Below, in pieces: positions 1 to 7,950 of a DNA stretch of 24,000 nucleotides. Below the pieces are notes generated by a model that was given only the letters and a program-made list of their open reading frames with translations, had not been told where the DNA came from and did no database searches. The DNA lies in contig CAZVMS010000216.1 of the NCBI GenBank assembly GCA_964628795.1, positions 12,164 through 36,163 of the forward strand, given 5' to 3'. How positions within the stretch are numbered: the stretch's first letter is position 1; the number at the start of each line of letters is the position of its first letter. This DNA is from an uncultured Haloferula sp. (GTDB lineage Bacteria; Verrucomicrobiota; Verrucomicrobiia; Verrucomicrobiales; Akkermansiaceae). The translations under genes and the position numbers were made by a program.

Positions 1-75
1 GAAGGCCAACCCTACCCCTTGTCCAAAACCATCACCGCCATCGGCCTGGTGGAATTTCTTCGCGCCCTGCCATGA
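1..75 (+). CDS. 3' end of an upstream CDS (partial, product unknown)
   Basis: Frame 1 is open from the window edge to TGA at 73-75 (...TITAIGLVEFLRALP*). It is too short for any homology call. Confidence 0.3.
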   Translation, partial: EGQPYPLSKTITAIGLVEFLRALP

Positions 76-207
76 ATGCCTCTGAGCATCGACAATGCCG
101 ACAATGTCGGCACGGAGTTCAACGATCTTCATCGTCCATCCAAAAATAAATCCGGATTTATCCCGGCGCAGGCCTTGAATTCATCCAATCGGGGTTTCAT
201 CACTTAT

Positions 208-2664
208 ATGAAACCCGCACGCATTTCCCTCATCCTACTCGCCACCGCACTCAGCGCCTCCGCCGATGATTTCTTCGAGGCGAAAATCCGTCCGGTTTTG
301 GTGAAACATTGTTACGACTGCCACTCGGCAGAAGCAGGAAAAGCGAAGGGCGGGCTGCTGCTCGATACCCGCGAGGGCATCCGCACCGGTGGCGACACCG
401 GCCCCGCCGTGGTGCCGGGCGACCTCGAACAAAGCCTGCTCATCCAGGCCATCCGCTGGCACGATCCGGACACCGCCATGCCACCCGAGAAAAAAGGCGG
501 CAAGTTGCCAGACTCCGTCATCGCCGACTTTGAAGCCTGGGTGCGCGCCGGTGCCAATGACCCGCGTGATGCTAAAGCCGCCGCCAAAATTTATGACGGC
601 ATGTCCGCCAAAGACTGGTGGGCCTATCAGCCAATGACGACCCCCGAGGTTCCCGTCACCCGGAACACCAGCTGGGCCAAGACCGACATCGACCGCTTCA
701 TCCTCGCGAAGCTGGAGGAAAACGGCCTCCAACCCGTCGGACGCGCCGACAACGCCACCCTCATCCGCCGCCTTTCTCTCGACCTAACAGGACTACCACC
801 CGAGCCCGGCGCATCCGCCGAAAACCTCGTGGACAAGCTGTTAGACAGCCGTGCCTTCGCCGAGCGTTGGGGACGACACTGGCTCGATGTCGCCCGCTAC
901 GCGGAAACCACCGGCGGCGATACCAACGTCACCCTGCCCGAGGCATGGCGCTACCGCGACTACGTCATCGAATCGTTCGCCCAGGACAAACCCTACGACC
1001 AGTTCATCCGCGAACAAATCGCCGGCGACCTCCTCCCCGCCAAAGACGATGCCGAGCGCGCGGAAAACCTCATCGCCACCGGCTTCCTCGCCGTCGGCCA
1101 GAAATCCCTCAACGGCACCGATCCCCGCCAGTTCGCGGTCGATCTGGCCGACGAGCAGATCGACACCGTCTCGCAAGCGTTCATGGCCACCACCATTTCC
1201 TGCGCCCGCTGCCACGATCACAAATTCGACCCCATTTCGCAAAAGGACTACACCTCCATCGCCGGCATTTTCCTCAGCACCGACACCCGCTACGGCACCG
1301 CCGGCGGCGTCCGCGAACGCAATGCCTCCACCCTCATCGACGCCCCGCAAAACTCCGGCCTCCAAACCGTCGACCGCTCCATGGATCCTGCCGAGTGGCA
1401 GCAAAAGAAAGCCCAGCTCGACCGCCTCATCGAGCAACGCGATGCCGCCATGGCCTCACGCAGGTCGGGCGCAAGGCAGGAAGGTGGCGGGGAAATGACC
1501 GGCTTCGAGGTCGTCCGCATCATCACCCAGGCCAAGCGCCTCCAGATGGAACTCGACGCCTACCACCCCGACGGCAGCGTAAAACCCCGCATCATCGGCG
1601 TGCTCGACAAACCCACCGTCGCCCCGCCCGCCGACCGCCGCGCCGCGAGAAGGGGCGGGCCTAACGCCAGCAAGCGCCCCGACAGCGGCTTCCTCACCAT
1701 CGCCGACAGCCCGCTCTTCATCCGTGGCAGCATCGACAACGAATCCGAAAAAATCCCCCGTAGCATCCCCGAAATCCTCGCCCACGGCCAGCAACTGGAA
1801 ATCCCCGCCGGCACTAGCGGCAGGCGCGAACTCGCCGAATGGCTCGCCTCACCCGACCACCTCCTCACCTCCCGCGTCATCGTCAACCGCGTCTGGCATT
1901 GGCTGTTCGGTCGCGGTCTTGTCGAAACCGTGGACAACTTCGGTGCCAGCGGCATCGCCCCCTCGCACCCTGAGTTGTTAGATTTCCTCGCCCAACAATT
2001 CATCGCCGATGGCTGGAGTATCAAAAACCTCATCAAGCGCATCGTCAGCAGCAACGTCTATCAGCTCGACAGCATGCACGTGGAGGCCAACCACCTCGCC
2101 GACCCCGACAACCTCCTCTTCTGGCGCATGAACACCCGCCGCCTCGACGCCGAAACCATCCGCGACTCCATGCTCGCCGCCAGCGGCCTGCTCGATGCCA
2201 AAGCCCCCCTCGGATCCATCATCGCCCTCGCCGGCGACGGCCCCATCGGCGGCGACCGCTTCATGGCACTCAAGGAAAGCCAGATCGAAACCGCCAATCA
2301 CGCGCACCGCAGCCTCTACCTGCCCATCGCCCGCACCGTGCAGGCGGAAACCCTCGCCGTCTTCGACTTCAGCGATCCCGCCTTCGTCCGCGGCGCGCGC
2401 GAAACCACCATCGTCCCACCCCAGGCGCTCTACCTCATGAACGACGACTTCGTCGAAAAAGCCGCCACCGCCATGGCGCAGCGCGTGATGAAAGCGGACG
2501 GCTTCGACGCACGCTTCGACCTCGCCTGCCGCCTCGCTTACGGCCGCCCGCCGTTGCCCGAAGAGCTCGCCGCCGCCCGCAAGTTCGGTGGCGACGACCT
2601 CACCGCCTGGACCTCCATCTGTCGCGCCCTGTTCGGCAGCGCCGACTTCCTTTTCCAAAACTAA
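208..2664 (+). CDS. Secreted PSCyt1 / DUF1549 (PSCyt2) / DUF1553 (PSD1) domain protein (planctomycete-type cytochrome c domain protein)
   Basis: ORF 76-2664. The preferred start is ATG 208 (MKPARISLILLATALSASA, a signal peptide). It carries a CxxCH haem motif (CYDCH) in the FFEAKIRPVL..CH context typical of PSCyt1. WGRHWLDVARYAET and CARCHDHKFDPISQKDY are typical of DUF1549, and the RVIVNRVWHWLFGRGLV region is typical of DUF1553. The usual DUF1501 partner lies immediately downstream. Confidence 0.9.
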   Translation: MKPARISLILLATALSASADDFFEAKIRPVLVKHCYDCHSAEAGKAKGGLLLDTREGIRTGGDTGPAVVPGDLEQSLLIQAIRWHDPDTAMPPEKKGGKLPDSVIADFEAWVRAGANDPRDAKAAAKIYDGMSAKDWWAYQPMTTPEVPVTRNTSWAKTDIDRFILAKLEENGLQPVGRADNATLIRRLSLDLTGLPPEPGASAENLVDKLLDSRAFAERWGRHWLDVARYAETTGGDTNVTLPEAWRYRDYVIESFAQDKPYDQFIREQIAGDLLPAKDDAERAENLIATGFLAVGQKSLNGTDPRQFAVDLADEQIDTVSQAFMATTISCARCHDHKFDPISQKDYTSIAGIFLSTDTRYGTAGGVRERNASTLIDAPQNSGLQTVDRSMDPAEWQQKKAQLDRLIEQRDAAMASRRSGARQEGGGEMTGFEVVRIITQAKRLQMELDAYHPDGSVKPRIIGVLDKPTVAPPADRRAARRGGPNASKRPDSGFLTIADSPLFIRGSIDNESEKIPRSIPEILAHGQQLEIPAGTSGRRELAEWLASPDHLLTSRVIVNRVWHWLFGRGLVETVDNFGASGIAPSHPELLDFLAQQFIADGWSIKNLIKRIVSSNVYQLDSMHVEANHLADPDNLLFWRMNTRRLDAETIRDSMLAASGLLDAKAPLGSIIALAGDGPIGGDRFMALKESQIETANHAHRSLYLPIARTVQAETLAVFDFSDPAFVRGARETTIVPPQALYLMNDDFVEKAATAMAQRVMKADGFDARFDLACRLAYGRPPLPEELAAARKFGGDDLTAWTSICRALFGSADFLFQN

Positions 2665-2681
2665 CAAAACCAACCACCACC

Positions 2682-3989
2682 ATGAACCGCCGCCAATTCC
2701 TGCAAACCAGTTCCCTCGGCTTCGGCTGGCTCGGCCTCTCCGCCCTCGCCTCCGAGCCCGCGAAGAAATCCCCGAAACGCGTCATCTTCCTCTGCATGAG
2801 AGGCGCGCCGTCCCACGTCGATACCTTCGACTACAAACCCAAACTCAATGCCGATACCGGCAAGCCCGGCCCGCGCCCCGGCACGCAACTGTTAGGCTCG
2901 CGCTGGAAATTCTCCCAACACGGCCAAAGCGGCCATTACATGTCAGAGCTGTTCCCGCAACTCGCCGCCTGTGCCGATGATCTCTGCTTCCTCCACGGCA
3001 TGCAGACCGAAGTGCCCGCCCATCCGCAAGCCTACCTCCGCATGCACACCGGCAGCTCGCAGTTTGTCCGCCCCTCGCTCGGTGCATGGACGCACTACGG
3101 CCTCGGTTCGCTCAACGACAACCTCCCCGGCTTCATCACCCTCGCCCCACCCAGCGGACTCGGCGGCGCACAAAACTACGGCAGCGCCTTCCTCCCCGCG
3201 CAATTCCAAGGCACCCGCATCGGCGTGGAAAAACGCCCCATCGCCAGCGCCGAAGTCGCCAACCTGAAATCCGCCCTCACCCCCGATGCCCAGCGCAAAG
3301 AACTCGATCTCATCCAATCGCTCAACACCTCCAAGCTCACCCGAGAAACGCAGGACCCGCAGATCGAAGGTCTCATCCAGTCCTACGAACTCGCCTACCG
3401 CATGCAAAGCGCCATGCCCGGCGTGATGGATTTGGAAAAGGAAACCGAAGCCACCCGCAAACTCTACGGCATCGGCGAACCCGTCACCGACGACTTCGGC
3501 CGCAAGTGCCTGCTCGCCCGCCGCATGATCGAATCCGGCGTGCGCTTCGTCGAAATCAACCACGGCGATTGGGATCATCACTTCAACCTCGGCGAAGCCC
3601 TGCCCGCCAGTTGCGCCGCCGTCGATCTCCCGCTGCGCGGCCTGCTCACCGACCTGAAATCCCGCAGCCTCCTCCAAGACACCCTCGTCATCTGGGGCGG
3701 CGAATTCGGCCGCACCCCGCACGCCGAAGGCCAGGACGGCCGCGACCACAACGTCGGCGCCTTCACCATGTGGATGGCCGGCTGCGGCGTCAAAGCCGGC
3801 ACCCGCTACGGCGTCACCGACGACTACGGCTACGAGGCCGTCGATGGCAAAGTCAGCATCCACGACTGGCACGCCACCATCCTCCACCTGTTAGGCCTCG
3901 ATCACACCAAACTCACCCACCGCCACGCCGGCCGCGACTTCCGTCTCACGGACGTCCACGGCCGTGTCGTGAAAGAGATTGTCGCGTGA
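2682..3989 (+). CDS. DUF1501 family protein (sulfatase-like fold) with twin-arginine signal
   Basis: Tat-like N-terminus MNRRQFLQTSSLGFGWLGLSALA. DUF1501-typical blocks are VIFLCMRGAPSHVDTFDYKP, GDWDHH, VIWGGEFGRTP and GRDHN. It starts 18 bp after the PSCyt/PSD gene, the canonical pairing. Confidence 0.9.
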   Translation: MNRRQFLQTSSLGFGWLGLSALASEPAKKSPKRVIFLCMRGAPSHVDTFDYKPKLNADTGKPGPRPGTQLLGSRWKFSQHGQSGHYMSELFPQLAACADDLCFLHGMQTEVPAHPQAYLRMHTGSSQFVRPSLGAWTHYGLGSLNDNLPGFITLAPPSGLGGAQNYGSAFLPAQFQGTRIGVEKRPIASAEVANLKSALTPDAQRKELDLIQSLNTSKLTRETQDPQIEGLIQSYELAYRMQSAMPGVMDLEKETEATRKLYGIGEPVTDDFGRKCLLARRMIESGVRFVEINHGDWDHHFNLGEALPASCAAVDLPLRGLLTDLKSRSLLQDTLVIWGGEFGRTPHAEGQDGRDHNVGAFTMWMAGCGVKAGTRYGVTDDYGYEAVDGKVSIHDWHATILHLLGLDHTKLTHRHAGRDFRLTDVHGRVVKEIVA

Positions 3990-4043
3990 GACCTGACATG
4001 CGGCCTCAATCGCTGCGCAAACCACTTCCGGTCGAGGGGGCGG

Positions 4044-4292
4044 TATTTTCTCGCTGCCGGCGAGGTTGGCGAGGGTGCGGGCGACTTTGAGGATGCGGTC
4101 GTGGGCGCGGGCGGGAATGCGTTGACGGTGGTTTTCGAACTGACCGGGGGAGCCGCGGCATTCCCTCTTGGTGTCTCCGTAGTAGCCGCAGTTGCAGGGG
4201 TTCATGGCGGCGACGAGCATGAAGCGGGCGGGGAAGGTGAATGAGCCCGCTGCCCGGCTTTTCGAAACGGCACCGTCTTCAGACGGCTGTTT
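4044..4292 (-). pseudogene. comM: comM/yifB (Mg-chelatase-like AAA+ competence protein) internal/3' fragment, decayed
   Basis: The minus-strand translation reads ..QPSEDGAVSKSRAAGSFTFPARFMLVAAMNPCNCGYYGDTKRECRGSPGQFENHRQRI|PARAHDRILKVARTLANLAGSEKI. This matches the conserved ComM blocks (LRQPLEDG.V.ISRA, FPA.F.LVAAMNPCPCGY, RA..RILKVARTIADL). About 85 aa between the RI-SGPLLDRIDL region and the RA..RILKV block are missing. There is no N-terminal AAA+ part and no proper C-terminus. It corresponds to track ORF 3891-4220. Confidence 0.7.
4051..4191. repeat. Direct repeat copy A (141 bp, comM-derived)
   Basis: Hand alignment to 11502-11642 gives 129/141 identities with no gaps and the same orientation. 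Confidence 0.85.
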
Positions 4293-4342
4293 CTTTTCAC
4301 CACTTCGAATTGGCGGAAGTTATCATCAGAAGGCGTGTCATA

Positions 4343-5293
4343 TCATGCTGGGAAACGATTCGAAATTTCCTCGCCGATGAATCTTCGGGCATGGGTAAGG
4401 GGCATGGCCGAGACTTCCACCTCCAGCAGGCAGTAGATGGCGTCGTTGAATGATGGCTCCCGATGAAATGCGTGGAAAGTGGCACCAAGGGAAAGGTAGT
4501 GGCGGAGCAGCGGAGGGATGGGCTTGGGCTTTCCGGTGCGATCGGTGATGTGGGGACGAAGCTCATCGATGGTGGTTGATTTCGCGGCGACGTCCGGGTG
4601 GTTGGAGGGAAACGGCAGGCGGGCAGTGGCGAGCGGGCCGCCGGGATGAAGGCGGTGACGGTGGAGCCAGGAGGTCATCAGGCGGCGGGAATCATTGCTG
4701 AAATCCGGTGACAGGGTGACCGACCCGAAGAGCCTTTGGATGCCGTGTCGCCGGACCATCGCGCCGAGGCCCTGCCAGAGCAGCGGCAGGGCGATGCGAT
4801 CGTTCTGATAGGCGGCGGCCACAAAAGACCGCGTGAGTTCCACGGCGCGGGAGTCGCGGGAAAAAAAGCCGGGGTCGAAGTGGAACATGTGGCTGAGATA
4901 TAGGTTGGGCAGTCCATGGTCCGGCAGCACTTCGGCTGTGAAGCCGAGCCGGTAGGCGCCCGCGATCCGCTTGGCGTTCCGGTCCCAGAGGACGAGTTGG
5001 CGATACCATGCGTCCTCGCGGGTCTGATCGCGGCCGAGGCCGGTGCCCTGACCGGACAAGCGGAAGGTGATTTCTCGCTGGCGGGTCAGTTCGTGAAACA
5101 GCGCGGGCGCTTCGTCGCGATGGAAATCCAGCACCTCGAAATCGCCCCGTGAAAGAACCCGCGTGGCTGGGTCGGCGGCCAATTTTCCGGCATCGCGATG
5201 GATGGCTGCCGGATCGAGGGCAGGGTCAATGGGGAGTGGACGGGTCGATTTTGTGGCAGAGCTCATAAAGGATGCGGGTGGCAGCGGGATCAT
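4343..5293 (-). CDS. OlsB-like GNAT N-acyltransferase (Acetyltransf_5 / hemolysin-like; lyso-aminolipid synthase type)
   Basis: Blocks typical of the OlsB/GlsB family are present: RQREITFRL..G, LWDRNAKRIAGAYRL, VELTRSFVAAAYQ, LLWQGLG, IPPLLRHYLSLGA and the C-terminal AIYCLLEVEV. The start is uncertain (ATG 5293 or ATG 5266). Either start overlaps the upstream acyltransferase gene by 41-68 nt. Confidence 0.75.
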   Translation of the reverse strand: MIPLPPASFMSSATKSTRPLPIDPALDPAAIHRDAGKLAADPATRVLSRGDFEVLDFHRDEAPALFHELTRQREITFRLSGQGTGLGRDQTREDAWYRQLVLWDRNAKRIAGAYRLGFTAEVLPDHGLPNLYLSHMFHFDPGFFSRDSRAVELTRSFVAAAYQNDRIALPLLWQGLGAMVRRHGIQRLFGSVTLSPDFSNDSRRLMTSWLHRHRLHPGGPLATARLPFPSNHPDVAAKSTTIDELRPHITDRTGKPKPIPPLLRHYLSLGATFHAFHREPSFNDAIYCLLEVEVSAMPLTHARRFIGEEISNRFPA

Positions 5294-6044
5294 TGTCGGG
5301 AAGGTCGTCGGGGGCCGGGAACAGCTTCACCAACAGCGGGCAGGGACGGCGGCGCAGGGCTTCGCGGGGCAACAACAGGCTGCGGAGCATGGGCCAGCGA
5401 AGCGGCGTTAATCGCAACAGCAGCCCGGGGCACAGCGGGATGTGAACGAGCATGATCCGCGCACCGGCCCGCCGCGCTATCCGGATCAGGTGCGGCGACC
5501 ACGGTTCGTCGAGTGCGCGGCCGCGGCGGTCTCGTTTCCCGGCGACCCGGCCGGAGGGAAACGCGCCGACCACGCCGCCCTGTTTCAGGTGTGCGAAGAC
5601 CTGGCGCAGGCCGCGGAGGTTGACCGCGGCGTCGGCGTCCCATCCAAAAGGATCCAGTGGGATGCTGTGGCGGGAAAATTCGGGTTTGGAGGCGATCCAT
5701 GGGTTGGTGAGAATTTTCCAGTCTTGGGGAGCAAGGGATTCTAACAGTCGCATCAGGATCAGCGCTTCGATCATCCCGGTCGGGTGGTTCGCAAGCACGA
5801 GCGTGCCGGTTTTCCCGGTGGACGGCGTTGGGGGCGGTACGAGTCTCCAGGTGACGCCAAGTTCCCGCAAGACGGCTTCGGAGAAGGCATCGGCGTTGCC
5901 GTCACGGGGCGCGGCGCGGCGGTGGACGCGGTTGATGGCGCGGATCCCGGCGAGGGTCTCGATGATCGGCAGGAACGGGCGAAGCCATGCGGACCGCAGC
6001 CACATCGAGATGTCGAGAAATGGAGGATCATGCGGCTTCTTCAT
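5226..6044 (-). CDS. PlsC-like (lysophospholipid/lyso-aminolipid) O-acyltransferase
   Basis: It has the acyltransferase block I H-x4-[DE] (LANHPTGMIEA) and a block III-like motif (GAFPSGRV). Its ATG overlaps the stop of the upstream NRDE gene (ATGA at 6041-6044). Adjacency to an OlsB-like gene is the OlsBA/GlsBA arrangement. Confidence 0.8.
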   Translation of the reverse strand: MKKPHDPPFLDISMWLRSAWLRPFLPIIETLAGIRAINRVHRRAAPRDGNADAFSEAVLRELGVTWRLVPPPTPSTGKTGTLVLANHPTGMIEALILMRLLESLAPQDWKILTNPWIASKPEFSRHSIPLDPFGWDADAAVNLRGLRQVFAHLKQGGVVGAFPSGRVAGKRDRRGRALDEPWSPHLIRIARRAGARIMLVHIPLCPGLLLRLTPLRWPMLRSLLLPREALRRRPCPLLVKLFPAPDDLPDNDPAATRILYELCHKIDPSTPH

Positions 6045-6766
6045 GGCAGCGGGATGGGGATCTCACGGTGATTCCAGTTCCCGGGAGCAGATTGGCGGCC
6101 GGAGCATTCACGATAGGAAAACCGCGCTGCCGAGTTTCCGAGTTTGATGCGCGATTGGCTGACCGTCCGTCGTTCGCCACGGTCCATCCACACCGAGCTG
6201 TGGGGATCGCCGTCATGGGCGCCCTCGTGAAATCGCATGAGGTCGGTGTCTGTGAGCGGCCCGTTTTTTTCCGTCATCTTTTTGAAGGCGCGGTTCCGCC
6301 GTGGCAGCACGTTTGGGTCGTTCGATGACGAGGTGCTGATCATGCCGGTCGGCCAGGTCGCTTGCCGCGAGGAGAGAGCCAATCCATCCCAGGACTCGAT
6401 CCGGACCGCGTTTCGCCGGAGATGGATGAGGTGGAATGGCGCGACCCCATCAAGCGAACGGGTGAGTCGCTGCCAGGCGTCTGCCGGATCGGCGGCGGCT
6501 GCGAGCTGCCAGACGATGAGTCCGCGGCTGTGTTTCGGGGCGGATGGTGGCTGTGCGCCATAGTGATTGAGCAAGGCGAGGGCGATGCCATCCGCGCGCA
6601 CCGCCAGCCAGGTGCCGCCGCCGAGTGGATCGCGTGGAGCGAGAAACGAATGGGCCTCGCCCGCGTGCAAGCGAGGTGCTTCGGCGAGCGGGCGCGCGAT
6701 GCTCTCGTCACGATTGAAACAGAGAGTCAGGCCCTCCGTTGTTGCCATCCATGAGAGCGTGCACAT
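6041..6766 (-). CDS. NRDE family protein (TANGO2-like, putative N-terminal-Cys hydrolase fold)
   Basis: The preferred start is MCTLSW (ATG at 6766), giving the family-typical N-terminal Met-Cys-Thr. The eponymous NRDE motif is present (CFNRDESIARP), as is GGTWL. It starts 4 bp downstream of the DinB-like stop. Confidence 0.8.
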   Translation of the reverse strand: MCTLSWMATTEGLTLCFNRDESIARPLAEAPRLHAGEAHSFLAPRDPLGGGTWLAVRADGIALALLNHYGAQPPSAPKHSRGLIVWQLAAAADPADAWQRLTRSLDGVAPFHLIHLRRNAVRIESWDGLALSSRQATWPTGMISTSSSNDPNVLPRRNRAFKKMTEKNGPLTDTDLMRFHEGAHDGDPHSSVWMDRGERRTVSQSRIKLGNSAARFSYRECSGRQSAPGNWNHREIPIPLP

Positions 6767-6770
6767 GAGA

Positions 6771-7262
6771 TCAACCAGCGGTCTGTTGGGTGAAGTGCCT
6801 CGCGGTGGATGGTGCCAGGCCGATCTCGTCCGCCACCGCGCGACCATGGTCCCGCAGCAGCATTCCGATCAGAGCGAGGTGATGGATGGTGTGGCTGAAG
6901 GCAAAACCCAGTTCGCGGCCGAGACTCGATTGCTGCCGGCCTTGCAGCGACTCTTTGACGAGCAGCGGCAGGTCGTGTGGCAGGCTTTCGATGCGCTCCC
7001 AGTCCGTGGATAGGATGTGTTGGATCGTCTGGCAGGCGATTTGCGGACAGGACTCGATGTCCGCATTTCTACGGCGCGCGTCGTAGTTCACCTCGCCGGC
7101 CCCGATGCCTTCGAAGAGGCATTGGTAGAACTCGATGCAATGCCGCACATGTCCGCCGACCGTTCCGCCAGGCAACAGTTTGCAGCGGTGCCGGAAGGCA
7201 TCCTCGCCGAGCGGGGTGATTGCCGCCAGCAGTTGCTTGAGGGCGCCGGGACTGGAAGTCAT
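6771..7262 (-). CDS. DinB-like (DinB_2/YfiT-type) putative metal-dependent enzyme
   Basis: His-containing helices typical of the DinB fold are present (GTVGGHVRHCIEFYQ; FSHTIHHLALIGMLLR). The chosen start is ATG 7262 (MTSSPGALKQLL) because it forms an ATGA overlap with the preceding small ORF. ATG 7274 is an alternative. The 7409 start of the track ORF is unlikely. Confidence 0.65.
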   Translation of the reverse strand: MTSSPGALKQLLAAITPLGEDAFRHRCKLLPGGTVGGHVRHCIEFYQCLFEGIGAGEVNYDARRRNADIESCPQIACQTIQHILSTDWERIESLPHDLPLLVKESLQGRQQSSLGRELGFAFSHTIHHLALIGMLLRDHGRAVADEIGLAPSTARHFTQQTAG

Positions 7263-7450
7263 GCGCGAATCCATGAAATGAGAGCGACCGCTCCCTGCAC
7301 AATCAGGAAGCCGAGGAGCAGCAGGGTTCCGGGGCACAGCCCTTTGGCACAGAGGCCCGTGCGGCAAGAAGCGTCCTCGCACTTGGGAGGTGTGCCGATT
7401 CGTTGCCAATTCGTGGCGGCGGGTGGTGCGGATGTTTCCGATGGTTTCAT
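7259..7450 (-). CDS. Small (63 aa) Cys-rich tail-anchored membrane protein, C-x4-C-x4-C-x4-C
   Basis: Translation: MKPSETSAPPAATNWQRIGTPPKCEDASCRTGLCAKGLCPGTLLLLGFLIVQGAVALISWIRA. It has four Cys at exact 5-residue spacing followed by one hydrophobic helix. Its stop overlaps the DinB-like ATG (ATGA at 7259-7262), and it is co-directional with the cluster. No homologue was recognised. Confidence 0.45.
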   Translation of the reverse strand: MKPSETSAPPAATNWQRIGTPPKCEDASCRTGLCAKGLCPGTLLLLGFLIVQGAVALISWIRA

Positions 7451-7611
7451 GGGGATAGGAGGTTCATTTCATGGGGAAGTTCCCGTGCGAAAACGCTTCC
7501 CATGCTCGAACCATGAGTCGCGCGGGCCGGAGCTTCCTTAACAAGGAATCTCGGGGTGTGGCGTGATGAGTTGGAGGTTCTAGGCAAGGTCGAGGTGGTG
7601 GTTCATCCCCA

Positions 7612-7950
7612 TCATTTCGCGTTGTGGTAGAGGTGCTTTTCGATGCGCTCCCTCGCTTCGCGGGGGAGCGGCTCGGAATCGTTCGTGTCAGGAGCCTCTT
7701 CGTGATGACAGCAGCGGACCCAGTGCCGGAGGTTTTCGAACTGGGCGGGAAGGTGACGGCAGATGCCGCAAACCAGCAGGTGCATGCGGAGGCGCATCGA
7801 ATCGACGGGCTTGAGCGGGCCATCCATGCGTTGCGACGAAAGCCGGAAGGCATCGCGGCAGGTCATGCGGGTAAGCTTGAGCAACGGCCACATCATGGCT
7901 TCCATGATGCGGTAGCGCAGCGGCGGGCGTGGCAGTGAGACGGGTTTCAT
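7612..7950 (-). CDS. Small anti-sigma factor, zinc-binding (zf-HC2/ZAS-like), no obvious TM segment
   Basis: The start ATG overlaps the sigma gene stop (ATGA at 7947-7950). It has a ZAS-like H-x3-C-x2-C motif (MHLLVCGICRH) preceded by MTCRDAFRLSSQRMDG, which resembles the anti-sigma N-terminus C..... L..Y.DG. The C-terminal part contains WVRCCHHEE. Confidence 0.65.
   Translation of the reverse strand: MKPVSLPRPPLRYRIMEAMMWPLLKLTRMTCRDAFRLSSQRMDGPLKPVDSMRLRMHLLVCGICRHLPAQFENLRHWVRCCHHEEAPDTNDSEPLPREARERIEKHLYHNAK

Noticed and set aside
72-149. 25-codon ORF with a CxxC motif (MNASEHRQCRQCRHGVQRSSSSIQK*) whose ATG overlaps the upstream CDS stop (ATGA).
   Set aside because: It is very short, basic and low-complexity, and it sits in the leader of the PSCyt/PSD gene. 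It is most likely a chance ORF.
76-207. N-terminal extensions of track ORFs: 76-207 for the PSCyt/PSD gene, 13799-13990 for GH89, 11983-12321 for the FecR-like gene, 11093-11161 for the precursor, 9068-9121 for DoxX and 6767-6847 for NRDE.
   Set aside because: Internal ATGs give canonical signal peptides or family-typical N-termini (MCT.. for NRDE). They also remove large overlaps or create ATGA couplings with the preceding gene. The extensions are compositionally odd.
618-1664. Long alternative-frame and antisense ORFs with Arg/Pro/Gly/Ala-rich translations. Examples are 618-1664 (+), 841-1437 (-), 1978-2673 (-), 2943-3887 (-), 3086-4090 (+), 14327-14815 (-), 15186-16127 (+), 16374-17315 (-), 17585-18451 (-) and 19449-20204 (-).
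   Set aside because: These are typical shadow ORFs of GC-rich DNA. Each lies wholly inside a CDS with clear family motifs in another frame or on the other strand. Their translations are low-complexity with no recognisable domains.
3891-4220. 109-aa ORF that could be annotated as a small intact gene.
   Set aside because: It is a comM/yifB fragment lacking the AAA+ N-terminal domain, carrying an internal deletion, and running into the DUF1501 gene on the opposite strand. It was called as a pseudogene instead.
7457-7566. Perfect AGGAGG-N8-ATG followed by a 31-codon plus-strand ORF (MGKFPCENASHARTMSRAGRSFLNKESRGVA*).
   Set aside because: No other gene in the window uses a Shine-Dalgarno sequence, so the AGGAGG is probably coincidental. 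The ORF is short, basic, unrecognised and lies opposite to the local transcription direction.
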